The notes beneath the pieces were generated by a model. It ran no database searches and was not told the DNA's origin. It saw only the letters and a list, made by a program, of their open reading frames with translations. A DNA stretch of 61,842 bases from Actinomycetes bacterium (GTDB lineage: Bacteria; Actinomycetota; Acidimicrobiia; Acidimicrobiales; Microtrichaceae), in contig JAUXGW010000001.1 in NCBI GenBank assembly GCA_030621865.1, positions 1-61,842 on the forward strand, read 5' to 3'. Shown here one piece after another: positions 1 through 9,845 of the stretch. Position 1 is the first letter of the stretch. Every line of letters begins with the position of its first letter. The position numbers and the translations under genes were made by a program.

Positions 1-1
1 G

Positions 2-262
2 ACATTCACCTGGACCACCCCCACCGGCCACAACATCGCTAGCCAACGACACGGCCAACCCACCCCACCGACCGACACAAAACCCGAACCTGATCCCGAG
101 CCCGAACTCGAGCGCCTGGGCAACCCCAGCCACCAACACCACCACCGCGAAGACCCGCCGGCCTGGCCACCTCCCGGCAGCACACCTCCTGGCGTTACAC
201 CACCCGGTCATACCCGAGGGGATGATCCACCCCAACAACCAAGCCGCCACAACACGGCCTGA
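2..262 (+). CDS. C-terminal fragment of an HNH endonuclease of the actinobacterial DUF222/13E12-repeat type; the 5' part lies left of the window
   Basis: Frame 2 is open from the window edge to TGA at 260-262. It reads TFTWTTPTGHNIAS..., resembling the '...W.TPtGr.Y' tail of DUF222-HNH proteins, followed by a Pro/Thr/His-rich tail. Not in the ORF track because no start lies in the window. Confidence 0.35.
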   Translation, partial: TFTWTTPTGHNIASQRHGQPTPPTDTKPEPDPEPELERLGNPSHQHHHREDPPAWPPPGSTPPGVTPPGHTRGDDPPQQPSRHNTA

Positions 263-344
263 ACACCAGACAACAACCAGATCTGATCAGCAGAAACACC
301 GACCCCTGCCCAAGGATCGGCGCACCCGCGCGCCCGGGCATAAG

Positions 345-1577
345 TCAGTCGTCGAGGTGTTTGTGGATCAATTCCACACGCTGGCTGGACTTGTTGGCGT
401 CGGTGCCTTGTTCGTCGAGCAGCGCGGCGCGGTCCTTCTCGGCTTCTTTCGCAGCCTTCTCGGTGTCCACCCTTGCCAGCGCAGCATCGGTGCCATGTTC
501 GCTGATGAACTCGGCCCACTCCACCAGGGTTTCAACCATCTCGGATTCCTTCACCACGGCCACGTTCTGACCCTTGACGAAAAGGTGTCCGCGGTGGCGG
601 CCGGCAGCAATTCCCAGATCTGCGTCACGAGCCTCGCCCGGTCCGTTGACCACACAACCCATCACCGCCACCTGAAGGGGAAGCTCCTTGTCGGCGAGTT
701 CTTCTCTGACCTGCTGTGTCACTGCAATCACGTCTACTTCGGCCCGACCACAAGATGGGCAGGCGATCAGATCCACGTTCTTGCGTTCCCTCAATCCCAG
801 AGCCTCCAGCAGTACCCGGCCGGCCTTGGCTTCTTCCACTGGATCAGCGGTGAGTGAGAAACGGATCGTGTCGCCAATACCTTCCGCCAGCAGGGTGGCG
901 ATCCCGGCAGTCCCCTTGATCAGACCTTCGGGAAGCGGGCCGGCTTCGGTAACTCCGAGGTGCAGCGGCACGTCAGTGGCGTCGGCCAGCATTCGATAGG
1001 CCTCGATCATCAAAGGCACGTTGGACGCCTTCACCGAGATCTTCACCATGTCGAAGCCGACCTGGTCGAAGTAATCCAGTTCCTGCATGGCTGACTCGAC
1101 CATCGCCTCGGGTGTCACCCGCTGGCCGTACTTCTCGTACAGCGCGGGATCGAGCGAGCCGCCGTTGACACCAATTCGAATCGGCACATTGCGATCACGA
1201 GCTTCACTCGCGACGGCTTTGATGTGGTCAACCTTGCGAATGTTTCCCGGGTTCAGGCGCAAGCCCTGGACTCCGGCATCCAGAGCGGCCAGCGCCATTC
1301 GATACTGGTGATGAATGTCCGCAATGATCGGCACCGGGCTCCGGGGCACGATGTGCGCAAGTCCCTCGGCAGCCGCCACCTCATTGCAGGTGCAGCGGAC
1401 TATGTCGCAGCCAGCCGCCGCGAGTGCGTAGATCTGTTGCAGGGTCCCGTCCACGTCGGCAGTCTTCGTGGTCGTCATCGACTGAATGGAGATCGGCGCT
1501 CCCGCGCCGATCGGCACCCCGCCCACGGTTATCCGCTTCGTGTCTCGTCTCGGAAGTTGGATCGCGCCGGCATCCAT
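345..1577 (-). CDS. ispG: 4-hydroxy-3-methylbut-2-enyl diphosphate synthase (IspG/GcpE)
   Basis: 410 aa. N-terminus 'RRDTKRITVGGVPIGAGAPISIQSMTTT' and C-terminal 'ACPSCGR...MGCVVNGPGE' Fe-S motifs are typical of IspG. ATG at 1577 verified. Confidence 0.95.
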   Translation of the reverse strand: MDAGAIQLPRRDTKRITVGGVPIGAGAPISIQSMTTTKTADVDGTLQQIYALAAAGCDIVRCTCNEVAAAEGLAHIVPRSPVPIIADIHHQYRMALAALDAGVQGLRLNPGNIRKVDHIKAVASEARDRNVPIRIGVNGGSLDPALYEKYGQRVTPEAMVESAMQELDYFDQVGFDMVKISVKASNVPLMIEAYRMLADATDVPLHLGVTEAGPLPEGLIKGTAGIATLLAEGIGDTIRFSLTADPVEEAKAGRVLLEALGLRERKNVDLIACPSCGRAEVDVIAVTQQVREELADKELPLQVAVMGCVVNGPGEARDADLGIAAGRHRGHLFVKGQNVAVVKESEMVETLVEWAEFISEHGTDAALARVDTEKAAKEAEKDRAALLDEQGTDANKSSQRVELIHKHLDD

Positions 1578-1608
1578 GGCAAAAGGCTACTTGTCTTTGT
1601 GAGGTCGA

Positions 1609-3300
1609 CTACGCGGCCACACCCTGGGTGAGATCCAGATACATGGCCAGCAATCCGACCACGGCCAGCACCATCACCACTGTGTACGCAACGGGGATCA
1701 TGCGCGTGATGTCGGCGATGTAGCGATTCTTCTGTCCCCGGCGCATCTCCTGCGCCTTCTCATAGACAGCGATCGACACGTGTCCACCGTCGAACGGCAG
1801 CAGCGGAATCAGGTTGAAGACCCCGATGAAAATGTTGAGACCGATGAGGAAGGCGATCAGGTAGGAGGCGTTTTCCGAAGTCAGATCCGCGCCGTAGGAG
1901 ATTGCCCCGATGATCGACGTCGGCCTCGAGCCATCGCTGGAAACCGCAACTTCATCAGCCGGTGTGGGCACCTCGGAGACGTCCTTGGTGTCGCCGGTAA
2001 ATGAAGATGTTACAAAGGAAAGCAGATTCGGTGGCCAGAAGACCGTTCCGACACCCTCCACGCTGCGGTAGATGCCGGTGCCAAATCCGTTGACGCTCTC
2101 CCCCACGGCTCCGAGGGCCGAATGGGTGACCAGGTCCGAAGTGGCTCCGACACCCACAAAACTCGACGGCTCGGTGAATCCGACATCGCTGCCAAGGTCC
2201 ACGGCTGCCACGGCCGGCTGTGCGGCAACTTCGAACTCCACAATCCCACCACTGGATTCCTCCAGACCTGCAGGAACATCGTCGAGCGTTTCCACGTCCA
2301 CGCCGTTGATGGCGACAACTTCATCGCCTTCGGACAAGCCGGCGCGGGCTCCACGACCATTGTCACGCAGTCCGCCCACCAGCACACCGTTGGCTGTCTG
2401 GAGAAGGTTGACGTCGTCGCCCACCGTACCGATCACCGATGCACGCTTGGCCAGGTCGAGCTCGACCACGGTTTCGGTGCCATCACGTTCCACAACCAGT
2501 TCGGCCGGTCCGACCTCACTGTCCTTCACCACATCCCTGAAGTCGTCGAAGGAACCGATGGAAGTGCCGTTGAGGCTCACGAGACGGTCGCCCTCTTCGA
2601 TGCCGGCAGTCTCTGCAGGTGAACTCACCGAAATGGCCCCGACAGTCCAGTCGTCGGAATCCGGGCTGCCGATCAACGCGAACTGGATGAACAAGAGCAC
2701 GAATGCGATCAGGAAGTGCATCCCGCTACCGGCGACGGCAACGAGCATTCGATCCCGGAACGGTGCTTGCCTGTAGGTACGAGCCTCGTCGGCCGGATCA
2801 ACCTCTTCCAGGTTGTTCATGCCGATGATCTTCACGTAGGCACCGGCGGGTATGGCCTTGAGCCCGAACTCGGTTTCCCCGCGATTGAACGACCAGATCT
2901 TCGGTCCGAAACCAATGAAGAACTCTGTGACCATCATTCCCGCACGTTTCGCGGCCATGTAGTGACCGAGCTCGTGCAGGAAGATCATCAGGATCACCGC
3001 ACCAACAACAACCACCATCGAGGCCCCGCCCGCAAACCACATCCACACGATCAGGCCGATCCCCGCGGCGCTGCGGGCCCAGCGGGCCGCGTCTGCCTTG
3101 CCCATCTCGGCGAAGACAAGGGCCGCCGAGACCGGCAGGAACAGCGCCACCGACAGAAGGGTGCTGACCTCTCCGCTGATCGCCAGATAAGCGAACAGAC
3201 CGACGATCACCACAATTCCGGCAACCCTCACCCAGCGGTACTCCCACGGAGCATTGGGTTGCGGAGCCTCATCCGTGGATTCAATAATCGCCTCCGCCAT
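1609..3300 (-). CDS. Site-2 (RIP) zinc metalloprotease, RseP/Rip1 family, with PDZ domains and about 100 extra N-terminal membrane residues
   Basis: HELGHY (HExxH) in a TM segment, two PDZ-like segments ('GDRLVSLNG', 'GDEVVAINGV'), C-terminal 'NLIPLLPFDGGH'. Lies between dxr and ispG as in other actinobacteria. Confidence 0.9.
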   Translation of the reverse strand: MAEAIIESTDEAPQPNAPWEYRWVRVAGIVVIVGLFAYLAISGEVSTLLSVALFLPVSAALVFAEMGKADAARWARSAAGIGLIVWMWFAGGASMVVVVGAVILMIFLHELGHYMAAKRAGMMVTEFFIGFGPKIWSFNRGETEFGLKAIPAGAYVKIIGMNNLEEVDPADEARTYRQAPFRDRMLVAVAGSGMHFLIAFVLLFIQFALIGSPDSDDWTVGAISVSSPAETAGIEEGDRLVSLNGTSIGSFDDFRDVVKDSEVGPAELVVERDGTETVVELDLAKRASVIGTVGDDVNLLQTANGVLVGGLRDNGRGARAGLSEGDEVVAINGVDVETLDDVPAGLEESSGGIVEFEVAAQPAVAAVDLGSDVGFTEPSSFVGVGATSDLVTHSALGAVGESVNGFGTGIYRSVEGVGTVFWPPNLLSFVTSSFTGDTKDVSEVPTPADEVAVSSDGSRPTSIIGAISYGADLTSENASYLIAFLIGLNIFIGVFNLIPLLPFDGGHVSIAVYEKAQEMRRGQKNRYIADITRMIPVAYTVVMVLAVVGLLAMYLDLTQGVAA

Positions 3301-4451
3301 TACGAACGCTCCATCAGAACTTCGGTGGCAGCTTTTCGACCAGCCGCGTCAGCGGCGAGAACTGCATCCAGGGATGATGCGGGCAGTCCGTCCCAGCGAT
3401 CCAGCGCCGCCTCCAGCACTGCCGCGATGTCCACCCACGAGATTCGATCAGCAAGAAACGCCTCAACCACGACTTCGTTTGCTGCAGACAGCCATGCCGG
3501 AGCGGTGCCGCCCGAACGGCCTGCTGCATATGCCAGGTCGAGGCAGCGGAACGCAGCCCGATCCGGCGGTTCGAACTCGAGTGAGAACGCGTCGCCGAAG
3601 TTCATGGCACCGAAGGGGACTGCTCCCCGATCGGGATAGGCCAATGCGTAGGAAATGGGCAGGCGCATGTCGGGCAACGAAAGCTGCGCCATGGTGGTGC
3701 CGTCGCTGAAGCTCGCCATTGAATGAACGATCGACTGCGGATGAACCACAACGTCGATGTCGTCATAGTCAGCACCGAACAGTTCGTGAGCCTCGATCAC
3801 TTCGAGGCCCTTGTTCATGAGTGTGGATGAATCCACGGTGATCTTCGGACCCATTGACCAGGTCGGGTGTTCCAGGGCTTCGGCAACGGTGACCTGAGCC
3901 AGTTCCGCTGCGGTCCGCCCGCGAAATGGTCCACCGGAAGCAGTGAGCACAATCTCTGACAGACGCCGGGTGCCCTCCCCCGCTCGCAGGCACATGTGCA
4001 CAGCACAGTGTTCACTGTCCACCGGAATGAGTTCTGCACCCGGGGTCTGCCTCACCTCCTGGACCACTGGTCCGGCAGCGATCAATGATTCCTTGTTGGC
4101 CAGGGCCAGCCGCTTGCCGGCCTCGAGTGTGGCCAGGGTGACTCCGAGGCCGGCGAATCCGACAACTCCGTTGACGGCGACGTCGGCGGCGGTGGCAGCT
4201 TCGGCCAGTGCTGTCGGGCCGGCGAGCAGATCGGTGCCGGCAGGCAGCATTTCCTTCAGCTCGTGGGCACGGGAGTCATCCGCGATCGCCACCACGGCAG
4301 GGCGGACACGGTGCGCCTGCTCGGCCAGCAGTTCAACCGATGAGCCAGCGCCGATCGCCACGATCGAATAACGCTCCGGTTCGGCTTCAACAACCTCGAT
4401 TGTCTGGGTTCCGATGGAGCCTGTTGACCCCATGAGCGCGACCGACGTCAT
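3300..4451 (-). CDS. dxr: 1-deoxy-D-xylulose 5-phosphate reductoisomerase
   Basis: 'LMGSTGSIGTQT' NADPH motif and 'LANKESL', 'PVDSEH' motifs. ATG at 4451 preferred over the TTG at 4460 used by the track. Stop TAA overlaps the rseP ATG (TAATG). Confidence 0.95.
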   Translation of the reverse strand: MTSVALMGSTGSIGTQTIEVVEAEPERYSIVAIGAGSSVELLAEQAHRVRPAVVAIADDSRAHELKEMLPAGTDLLAGPTALAEAATAADVAVNGVVGFAGLGVTLATLEAGKRLALANKESLIAAGPVVQEVRQTPGAELIPVDSEHCAVHMCLRAGEGTRRLSEIVLTASGGPFRGRTAAELAQVTVAEALEHPTWSMGPKITVDSSTLMNKGLEVIEAHELFGADYDDIDVVVHPQSIVHSMASFSDGTTMAQLSLPDMRLPISYALAYPDRGAVPFGAMNFGDAFSLEFEPPDRAAFRCLDLAYAAGRSGGTAPAWLSAANEVVVEAFLADRISWVDIAAVLEAALDRWDGLPASSLDAVLAADAAGRKAATEVLMERS

Positions 4452-4508
4452 GACGACCAATCGTACCCGTGAGCCTGCACTTGGTCCGTAGCGGCCCTGA
4501 GAGTGGTG

Positions 4509-6194
4509 TCAGCCCCAGATGTCAAGAACCAGGGTGGCGAAATAGGCCGCCGGGAGCACGAACAGGAGCGAATCGAAACGATCCAGCACGCCTCCGTGGG
4601 CGGGCAACAGCGTGCCCATGTCCTTGATACCCAGATCCCGCTTCACGAATGACTCACTCAGGTCACCGATAGGTGCGGCGAGAGCGCAGACGACAGCGAA
4701 CACGACAACCCTGCCGAAATTGCCGCCGATCGGAGCAATTCCCACGAGTCCGACAATGATCACCACCGCTGCCAGGGCACTGACGAAGCCACCGACCAGA
4801 CCTTCTTGTGTCTTGTTGGGACTCACCTCGGAGAGCGGCGTCCTGCCCAGGCTGCGACCGATGAAGTAACCGCCGATGTCGTAGGCCACTGCGGCGATGA
4901 TCGCTGCGATCAAGACCCCGATTCCCGGGTTCGAGTCGAGGTCGCCGGCATCCTTGAGCACGTCACCCAGACCAAGGAACAACGCGGCGAACGATGCCAT
5001 GAAACCGATCCACATCACACCCAGCAATGTGACACCGAGGCTGGAAACCGATCCTTCCCCCGGGGAAATCCAGGCGTACCAGACCAGTCCGAGCATCATC
5101 GTGACGCCAAGAACCACCGGATAGGCGGCCAACCCTGTGAGGGCGGCGCCAACCACCAGGCCGAGCACGGAAACAAGGGCGACGAGACTCGCAGGGTTGT
5201 AACCAACAGACCGCACGGCAGTGAGGTACTCGAAGGTGGCCGCCAGGACCACCACTGCGATGAGCACCATCGTGGCGATCGTCCCGAGTTTGAAACAGAT
5301 CAGAGCGACCGCAACAAGGGCGACACCGACTCCTATGGCCACCGGAAGATTGCGATCCGGCGATCCGCCCGATCCGGATGGCGGTCCCGAATCGTCTCCA
5401 CCGGAATCACGGCGGCGCCTCGGCGGAGCGGAGTCGTCACGCGGGGCGAAGTCCTCTATGGGATCCGTCTCGGAATCGAAGAAATCGATCTCGGCGTCAG
5501 GATCATTGTCCGGTCCGAGTGCTCCCAAGCCGCTGGAAGCGTCGGCCAGATCATCAAAGCTTGAATCCATGGATCTCTCACCTTCATCACGCCAGCGAGG
5601 CTGTTCGCCTGCGCTCGCAAGGGGTTCGCCATCGTCATCAACCACAACCTTCGGAACCTGACCCGTTGCGGGTTCGGTCCAGTGCGGAAGGACGAATGAT
5701 TCGTCATCTCCCGAATCAACGTCCGGCGTGGCCGGCGGCCACAGCTTCTCCGGAGGCGTCTGCTCATCTGGGGGCGTCTGCTCATCTGGGGGCATCTGCG
5801 ACTCCTGTTTGTCGATTGGCTCAGAGGCCGGCTCAGGGGCCGGCTCGGGAACTGGTTCAGGGGCAGGCTCGGGAGCCCAGTCCGGTTCGGAAGGTGGAGG
5901 TGTGAGCGGACTCGGAGGAACGATGGGAATCTTTCCGAAATGATCCGGATCCGGTGACCTGGGTGTTTCGGTGCTCGAAATCGTGATTCGCGGAAGGTCA
6001 CCCTCTGGCTCCGGAGCATCCGGGCGGTCACCGAACCTCTTGTCAAAATCCCGCCTCTTCTGGACCGCGTCATGGCGACCAGTCAGTTCCGCGGCCTCCT
6101 GGGCGCCCAGAATCCGCACACCCTCGGTGGGACCCGGTGTCTTGTCTTGCTCCGGCGTCTCATCTTCGTCCGGGGTGTCCTCATCCGATGCCAT
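4509..6194 (-). CDS. cdsA: Phosphatidate cytidylyltransferase (CdsA) with an acidic, Pro-rich N-terminal extension of about 270 aa
   Basis: The C-terminal 280 aa is polytopic and ends in the CDP-diglyceride synthase signature 'SFVKRDLGIKDMGTLLPAHGGVLDRFDS'. The N-terminal part is low complexity. Confidence 0.85.
   Translation of the reverse strand: MASDEDTPDEDETPEQDKTPGPTEGVRILGAQEAAELTGRHDAVQKRRDFDKRFGDRPDAPEPEGDLPRITISSTETPRSPDPDHFGKIPIVPPSPLTPPPSEPDWAPEPAPEPVPEPAPEPASEPIDKQESQMPPDEQTPPDEQTPPEKLWPPATPDVDSGDDESFVLPHWTEPATGQVPKVVVDDDGEPLASAGEQPRWRDEGERSMDSSFDDLADASSGLGALGPDNDPDAEIDFFDSETDPIEDFAPRDDSAPPRRRRDSGGDDSGPPSGSGGSPDRNLPVAIGVGVALVAVALICFKLGTIATMVLIAVVVLAATFEYLTAVRSVGYNPASLVALVSVLGLVVGAALTGLAAYPVVLGVTMMLGLVWYAWISPGEGSVSSLGVTLLGVMWIGFMASFAALFLGLGDVLKDAGDLDSNPGIGVLIAAIIAAVAYDIGGYFIGRSLGRTPLSEVSPNKTQEGLVGGFVSALAAVVIIVGLVGIAPIGGNFGRVVVFAVVCALAAPIGDLSESFVKRDLGIKDMGTLLPAHGGVLDRFDSLLFVLPAAYFATLVLDIWG
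5755..5790. repeat. Perfect 18-nt tandem duplication (x2, plus a 9-nt partial third copy) inside cdsA
   Basis: ggcgtctgctcatctggg occurs at 5755-5772 and again at 5773-5790, then ggcatctgc. Encodes PPDEQT-PPDEQT-PPE in frame. Confidence 0.9.
5827..5874. repeat. 12-nt periodic repeat (x4) inside cdsA
   Basis: gccggctcaggg / gccggctcggga / actggttcaggg / gcaggctcggga. Encodes the (A/V)PEP run 'APEPAPEPVPEPAPEP'. Confidence 0.8.
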
Positions 6195-6199
6195 TGGGC

Positions 6200-6769
6200 C
6201 TAGGCCTCCATCAGTTCAGCCGTCTTGTGTTCGAGGGCTTCATCAATGGTTCCCTCGTTGCTTTTTGTGAGCCGGTCGAGCTCAGTTTCAAACCTGCGAA
6301 GTTCATCTTCGGAGACGTCACCGTCCTTTTCAAGGCTTTCAAGATCCTTGCGGGCATCGCGGCGCGCCGATCGAATCACGTTACGGCTCTCTTCGGCGCG
6401 ATTCTTGGCAAGTCTGACGAATTCTTTGCGGCGTTCCTCGGTGAGTTGAGGAAAAGCCAATCGGATTCCTGCTCCATCGTTGGAAGGATTGAGTCCCAGA
6501 TTGGCATCAATGATCGCCTTCTCGATTGCACCGATCGATGACTTGTCGAACGGACTGATCATCAACATTCGAGCGTCAGGAACCGAGAAGCTGGCGAGTT
6601 GCTGAAGTGGTGTTCTGACTCCGTAGTACTCGACGGGCAGTTTCTCCACCAGGCCAGGAGTGGCTCGACCCGTGCGGATGACCGAAAACTCGGAGCGGGC
6701 GTGCTCCACTGCATTGGCCATCCGCTCAGACGCGTCGTCAATGATCGCCTGGGCGAACTCATCACTCAT
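6200..6769 (-). CDS. frr: Ribosome recycling factor
   Basis: 189 aa, 'RTGRATPGLVE...V.YYG..TPL.Q.A' and 'P.LTEERRKE.V' motifs. pyrH-frr-cdsA order. Confidence 0.95.
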   Translation of the reverse strand: MSDEFAQAIIDDASERMANAVEHARSEFSVIRTGRATPGLVEKLPVEYYGVRTPLQQLASFSVPDARMLMISPFDKSSIGAIEKAIIDANLGLNPSNDGAGIRLAFPQLTEERRKEFVRLAKNRAEESRNVIRSARRDARKDLESLEKDGDVSEDELRRFETELDRLTKSNEGTIDEALEHKTAELMEA

Positions 6770-6782
6770 CTCCCCAGCTTAT

Positions 6783-7514
6783 TCAGGAGATGAAGGTCCC
6801 GACGTGCTCTCCGTCGAGCAGCGGGGAAATGTTGTGTCCCATGAGGTCAAAAACGCAGATTGGGAGTTGGTTGTCCATGCACAACGTGATGGCTGTGGAG
6901 TCCATCACCTTGAGTCCCTTCTGGAGGACTTCGAGGAAGCTGACCTCCGAAAGCAGCTCCGCTGCGGAGTCGGTTCGGGGATCTGCGGTGTATACCCCGT
7001 CCGTGCCGTACTTGCCCATGATCAGGGCGTCAGCGTCGATTTCGATTGCTCGCAACGCGGCGGTGGTGTCGGTGGTGAAAAAGGGATTCCCCGTGCCACC
7101 GGCGAAGATCACCACCCGGCCCTTTTCGAGGTGACGAATGGCCTTGCGCCGAATGTACGGCTCGGCGACCTGGGACATGTGAATGGCGCTCTGCACCCGC
7201 GTGGGTTGGCCCAGTCGCTCCAATGTCTCCTGCAGAGCCAAGGCGTTGAGCACCGTGGCCAGCATGCCCATGTAGTCGGCCTGGGCACGGTCCATGCCGG
7301 AGACCTCACCGGATATCCCGCGCCAGATGTTGCCGCCGCCCACAACCACGCCGAGATCCACGTCGAACGTGGACTTCACCTCGACGATCTCGCCGGCGAG
7401 GTCGTTGATCACATCACCTTCGATGCCGAATCCTGCGTCACCTGCAAAGGCCTCGCCCGACAGCTTCAGGAGAATCCGGGACCAACGGCCCGCCCTGAGG
7501 CCTGAATCAGTCAC
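6783..7514 (-). CDS. pyrH: UMP kinase
   Basis: '[11 protein letters not shown]', '[10 protein letters not shown]', '[16 protein letters not shown]' motifs. The track ORF is over-extended into tsf. GTG at 7514 gives 243 aa (ATG at 7550 is the alternative). Confidence 0.9.
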   Translation of the reverse strand: MTDSGLRAGRWSRILLKLSGEAFAGDAGFGIEGDVINDLAGEIVEVKSTFDVDLGVVVGGGNIWRGISGEVSGMDRAQADYMGMLATVLNALALQETLERLGQPTRVQSAIHMSQVAEPYIRRKAIRHLEKGRVVIFAGGTGNPFFTTDTTAALRAIEIDADALIMGKYGTDGVYTADPRTDSAAELLSEVSFLEVLQKGLKVMDSTAITLCMDNQLPICVFDLMGHNISPLLDGEHVGTFIS

Positions 7515-8298
7515 CGATGCGGGCCTGTGTGAAGCGAACGATTCGCGCATCACCCAGCTTGGCCTGGACAGTCTCCTTGTCACCGAAGAGTCCCTGCTCA
7601 GGCAGCACACGGTCGCCGTACCAGGAGTTGAGGCGACCCTCAACGATCTTCGGAACGGCCTGCTCCGGTTTGCCTTCCTTGCGGGTGAGTTCCTCGAAAC
7701 CGGCCCGGGCCTTCTCGACAAGATCGGAGTCGATCTCGTCACGCGAGAGCGCGTCGGGTTTCGCGAAGGCACAGTGCAGGGCGATTTCGTGGGCTGCGTC
7801 ATCATCGGCACCCTCGATCTCGATGATCACACCGTTGGAGCCGCGGCCGTCCTGGACGTGGACATAGGCATCCAGTCCATTGCCGTCGGCAGCCTCGTAA
7901 CGGGCAACCTTGCCGAGCTCGATGTTCTCCTTCTTGGAGATCTTCAGATCGTCGATGGCGCCTTCAAGGCCCGAAACTGCATCTTCTCCACCTTCGAGAA
8001 CGGCGTCGGCGAGCTGCTGGACCAGGTCCACGAAGTCCTGGGCCTTGGCCGAGAAGTCGGTTTCCGACTTCAACTCGACGAGCGCCACCACGTTGCCGCT
8101 GCGGGCAACCGCAACGGTGCCCTGCGAATTCTCGCGGTCCTCGAGAGTCGCAACCTTCGACAGACCCTTCTGGCGAAGGATCTGTGCGGCTGCGTCACGG
8201 TCCCCGTCGGCTTCGGTGAGCGCATTCTTGGTGTCCATCATTCCGGCACCGGTGGCGTCTCGAAGTGATTTCACATCCTTGGCTGTGAAATCAGGCAT
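7507..8298 (-). CDS. tsf: Elongation factor Ts
   Basis: '[33 protein letters not shown]' UBA-like N-terminus. ATG at 8298 verified and overlaps the rpsB stop by 8 nt. Confidence 0.95.
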   Translation of the reverse strand: MPDFTAKDVKSLRDATGAGMMDTKNALTEADGDRDAAAQILRQKGLSKVATLEDRENSQGTVAVARSGNVVALVELKSETDFSAKAQDFVDLVQQLADAVLEGGEDAVSGLEGAIDDLKISKKENIELGKVARYEAADGNGLDAYVHVQDGRGSNGVIIEIEGADDDAAHEIALHCAFAKPDALSRDEIDSDLVEKARAGFEELTRKEGKPEQAVPKIVEGRLNSWYGDRVLPEQGLFGDKETVQAKLGDARIVRFTQARIGD

Positions 8299-9208
8299 CG
8301 GAAGCTCCCTTGGCAGGTGCTTCGGGCTCAGCGGCAGCTGGTGCTGCGGGGCGCCCTGGTGGCGGCGGAATCGGAGCGTCCTTGGCCGCAGCAACACGGG
8401 CTTCACGTTCCGCAGCGGCAGCCGCTGCTTCTGTGCGGGCCTTGTCCTGCTGTGCCTTGTGCTCGGCAACTTCGGTGGCCGAGCGCTCGACCGGGGCCGC
8501 GGCCTCAGGATGTTTCTTCGAACGCATGAATTTGCCCTCGATGACGGCGTCGGAGATGACGCGGCACATCAGGTCGCCCGCACGAATTGCATCGTCGTTG
8601 CCGGGGATCACGAAGTCGATCACATCGGGATCGCAGTTGGTGTCCACCACCGCGACCACGGGTATTCCAAGTTTGTTGGCCTCGGTGACGGCAATGCCCT
8701 CCTTATTGGTGTCCAGAATGAACACTGCGTCCGGAAGACGTTCGAGGTTGGCTATGCCGAGCAGATTCCGCTCCAACTTGGCCAACTCACGGCTTTTCAG
8801 GAGAGCTTCCTTCTTGGGCATCAGATCGAAGTCGCCACCGTCGCGCTCGCGCTGGAGGTTCTTCATCTTGGCGACGCGCTTGGAAATGGTCTCGAAGTTG
8901 GTGAGCATCCCGCCCAACCAGCGCTCATTGACGAACGGCATCCCGGACTTCTCGGCATAACTCTCGATGGAGTCCTGAGCCTGTTTCTTGGTGCCGACGA
9001 AGAGAACCGTTCCGCCGTCTGCGACAAGGTCGCGAACGTAGACGTACGACTTCTCGATGCCGCCCAGGGTCTGGTTCAGGTCGATCAGGTAGATGCCACC
9101 GCGATCTCCGTGGATGAATCGCTTCATCTTGGGATTCCAACGGCGTGTCTGGTGCCCGAAATGAACTCCGGATTCCAGCAACTGCTTCATGGTGACTACT
9201 GCGGTCAC
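8291..9208 (-). CDS. rpsB: 30S ribosomal protein S2 with an Ala/Pro-rich C-terminal tail
   Basis: '[22 protein letters not shown]'. GTG at 9208 is preceded by GGAAGGAG 5-6 nt upstream. Confidence 0.95.
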   Translation of the reverse strand: MTAVVTMKQLLESGVHFGHQTRRWNPKMKRFIHGDRGGIYLIDLNQTLGGIEKSYVYVRDLVADGGTVLFVGTKKQAQDSIESYAEKSGMPFVNERWLGGMLTNFETISKRVAKMKNLQRERDGGDFDLMPKKEALLKSRELAKLERNLLGIANLERLPDAVFILDTNKEGIAVTEANKLGIPVVAVVDTNCDPDVIDFVIPGNDDAIRAGDLMCRVISDAVIEGKFMRSKKHPEAAAPVERSATEVAEHKAQQDKARTEAAAAAAEREARVAAAKDAPIPPPPGRPAAPAAAEPEAPAKGASDA

Positions 9209-9304
9209 GGTTGCTCCTTCCCTTCGGTTTGACGAAACCCGCCTGCGTGCGCCCCGAGGGGCGACCGAAAGGTGCTGGCGAGCGGAATTTGGTGTGGAAT
9301 TTCT

Positions 9305-9338
9305 CCGGCCGAAGCCGGTGCGGCCCTTGATTGGGCCG
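9305..9338 (-). terminator. Two adjacent GC-rich stem-loops between the M23 peptidase stop and the rpsB start (candidate terminator or rpsB leader structure)
   Basis: ccggc-cgaa-gccgg (9305-9318) and cggccc-ttgatt-gggccg (9321-9338). No U-tract. Confidence 0.3.
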
Positions 9339-9365
9339 ACCTGTGAGTGTAGTTGGCTCCGCGTT

Positions 9366-9845
9366 CTACTGCGGAATCTCAACCAGGACCGCGTGGAGGT
9401 TCACCGACAGGACATCAGCAGGATCCAGATAGATCCCGCCACGACGGAAGCCCAGATGCAGTCGGCGAGAGGCGGTTCCGATCAACTCGCCACGGGCGAC
9501 GGTGTCTCCGGCGGTGACCCTGATGATCTGCATGCCTGTGAGGCTCGACCTGATGCCGTCGCGATGTTCGATGCTGATCACTCCCCTGCCCGCAACCGGA
9601 CCTGCAAAGGCAACAACACCGGCAGCAACGGCGGTGACCGGCTGACCCAGTGTCGTGGCGTACTCCCAACCGCGGTTACCGGCACCAAAGTCCGTGGCGG
9701 GTCGCCGGAACCAGTCGGTCACGTTGGCCTCAACCGGTTCCTCGTACACCACCGCTTCGTATGGCAACTCTCCGTGTGGTGATCCTTCATGTGGTGATGG
9801 ATTGCCGACCAACAGAAGCGGCAGCAGGGCCAGAATGGCCTTCAG
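9366..9845 (-). CDS. Secreted M23/LytM-family peptidase
   Basis: 'GNRGWEY...[16 protein letters not shown]...ISIEH.DG..S....M....V..GD.V..GE.IG' LytM fold. The track starts at TTG 9812, but an in-frame signal peptide (K)[12 protein letters not shown] lies upstream and is reachable only from CTG 9845-9843. Confidence 0.8.
   Translation of the reverse strand: MKAILALLPLLLVGNPSPHEGSPHGELPYEAVVYEEPVEANVTDWFRRPATDFGAGNRGWEYATTLGQPVTAVAAGVVAFAGPVAGRGVISIEHRDGIRSSLTGMQIIRVTAGDTVARGELIGTASRRLHLGFRRGGIYLDPADVLSVNLHAVLVEIPQ

Noticed and set aside
6660-9232. Three long plus-strand ORFs (6660-7505, 7294-8268, 7910-9232)
   Set aside because: They are antisense to pyrH, tsf and rpsB, all of which are unambiguous.
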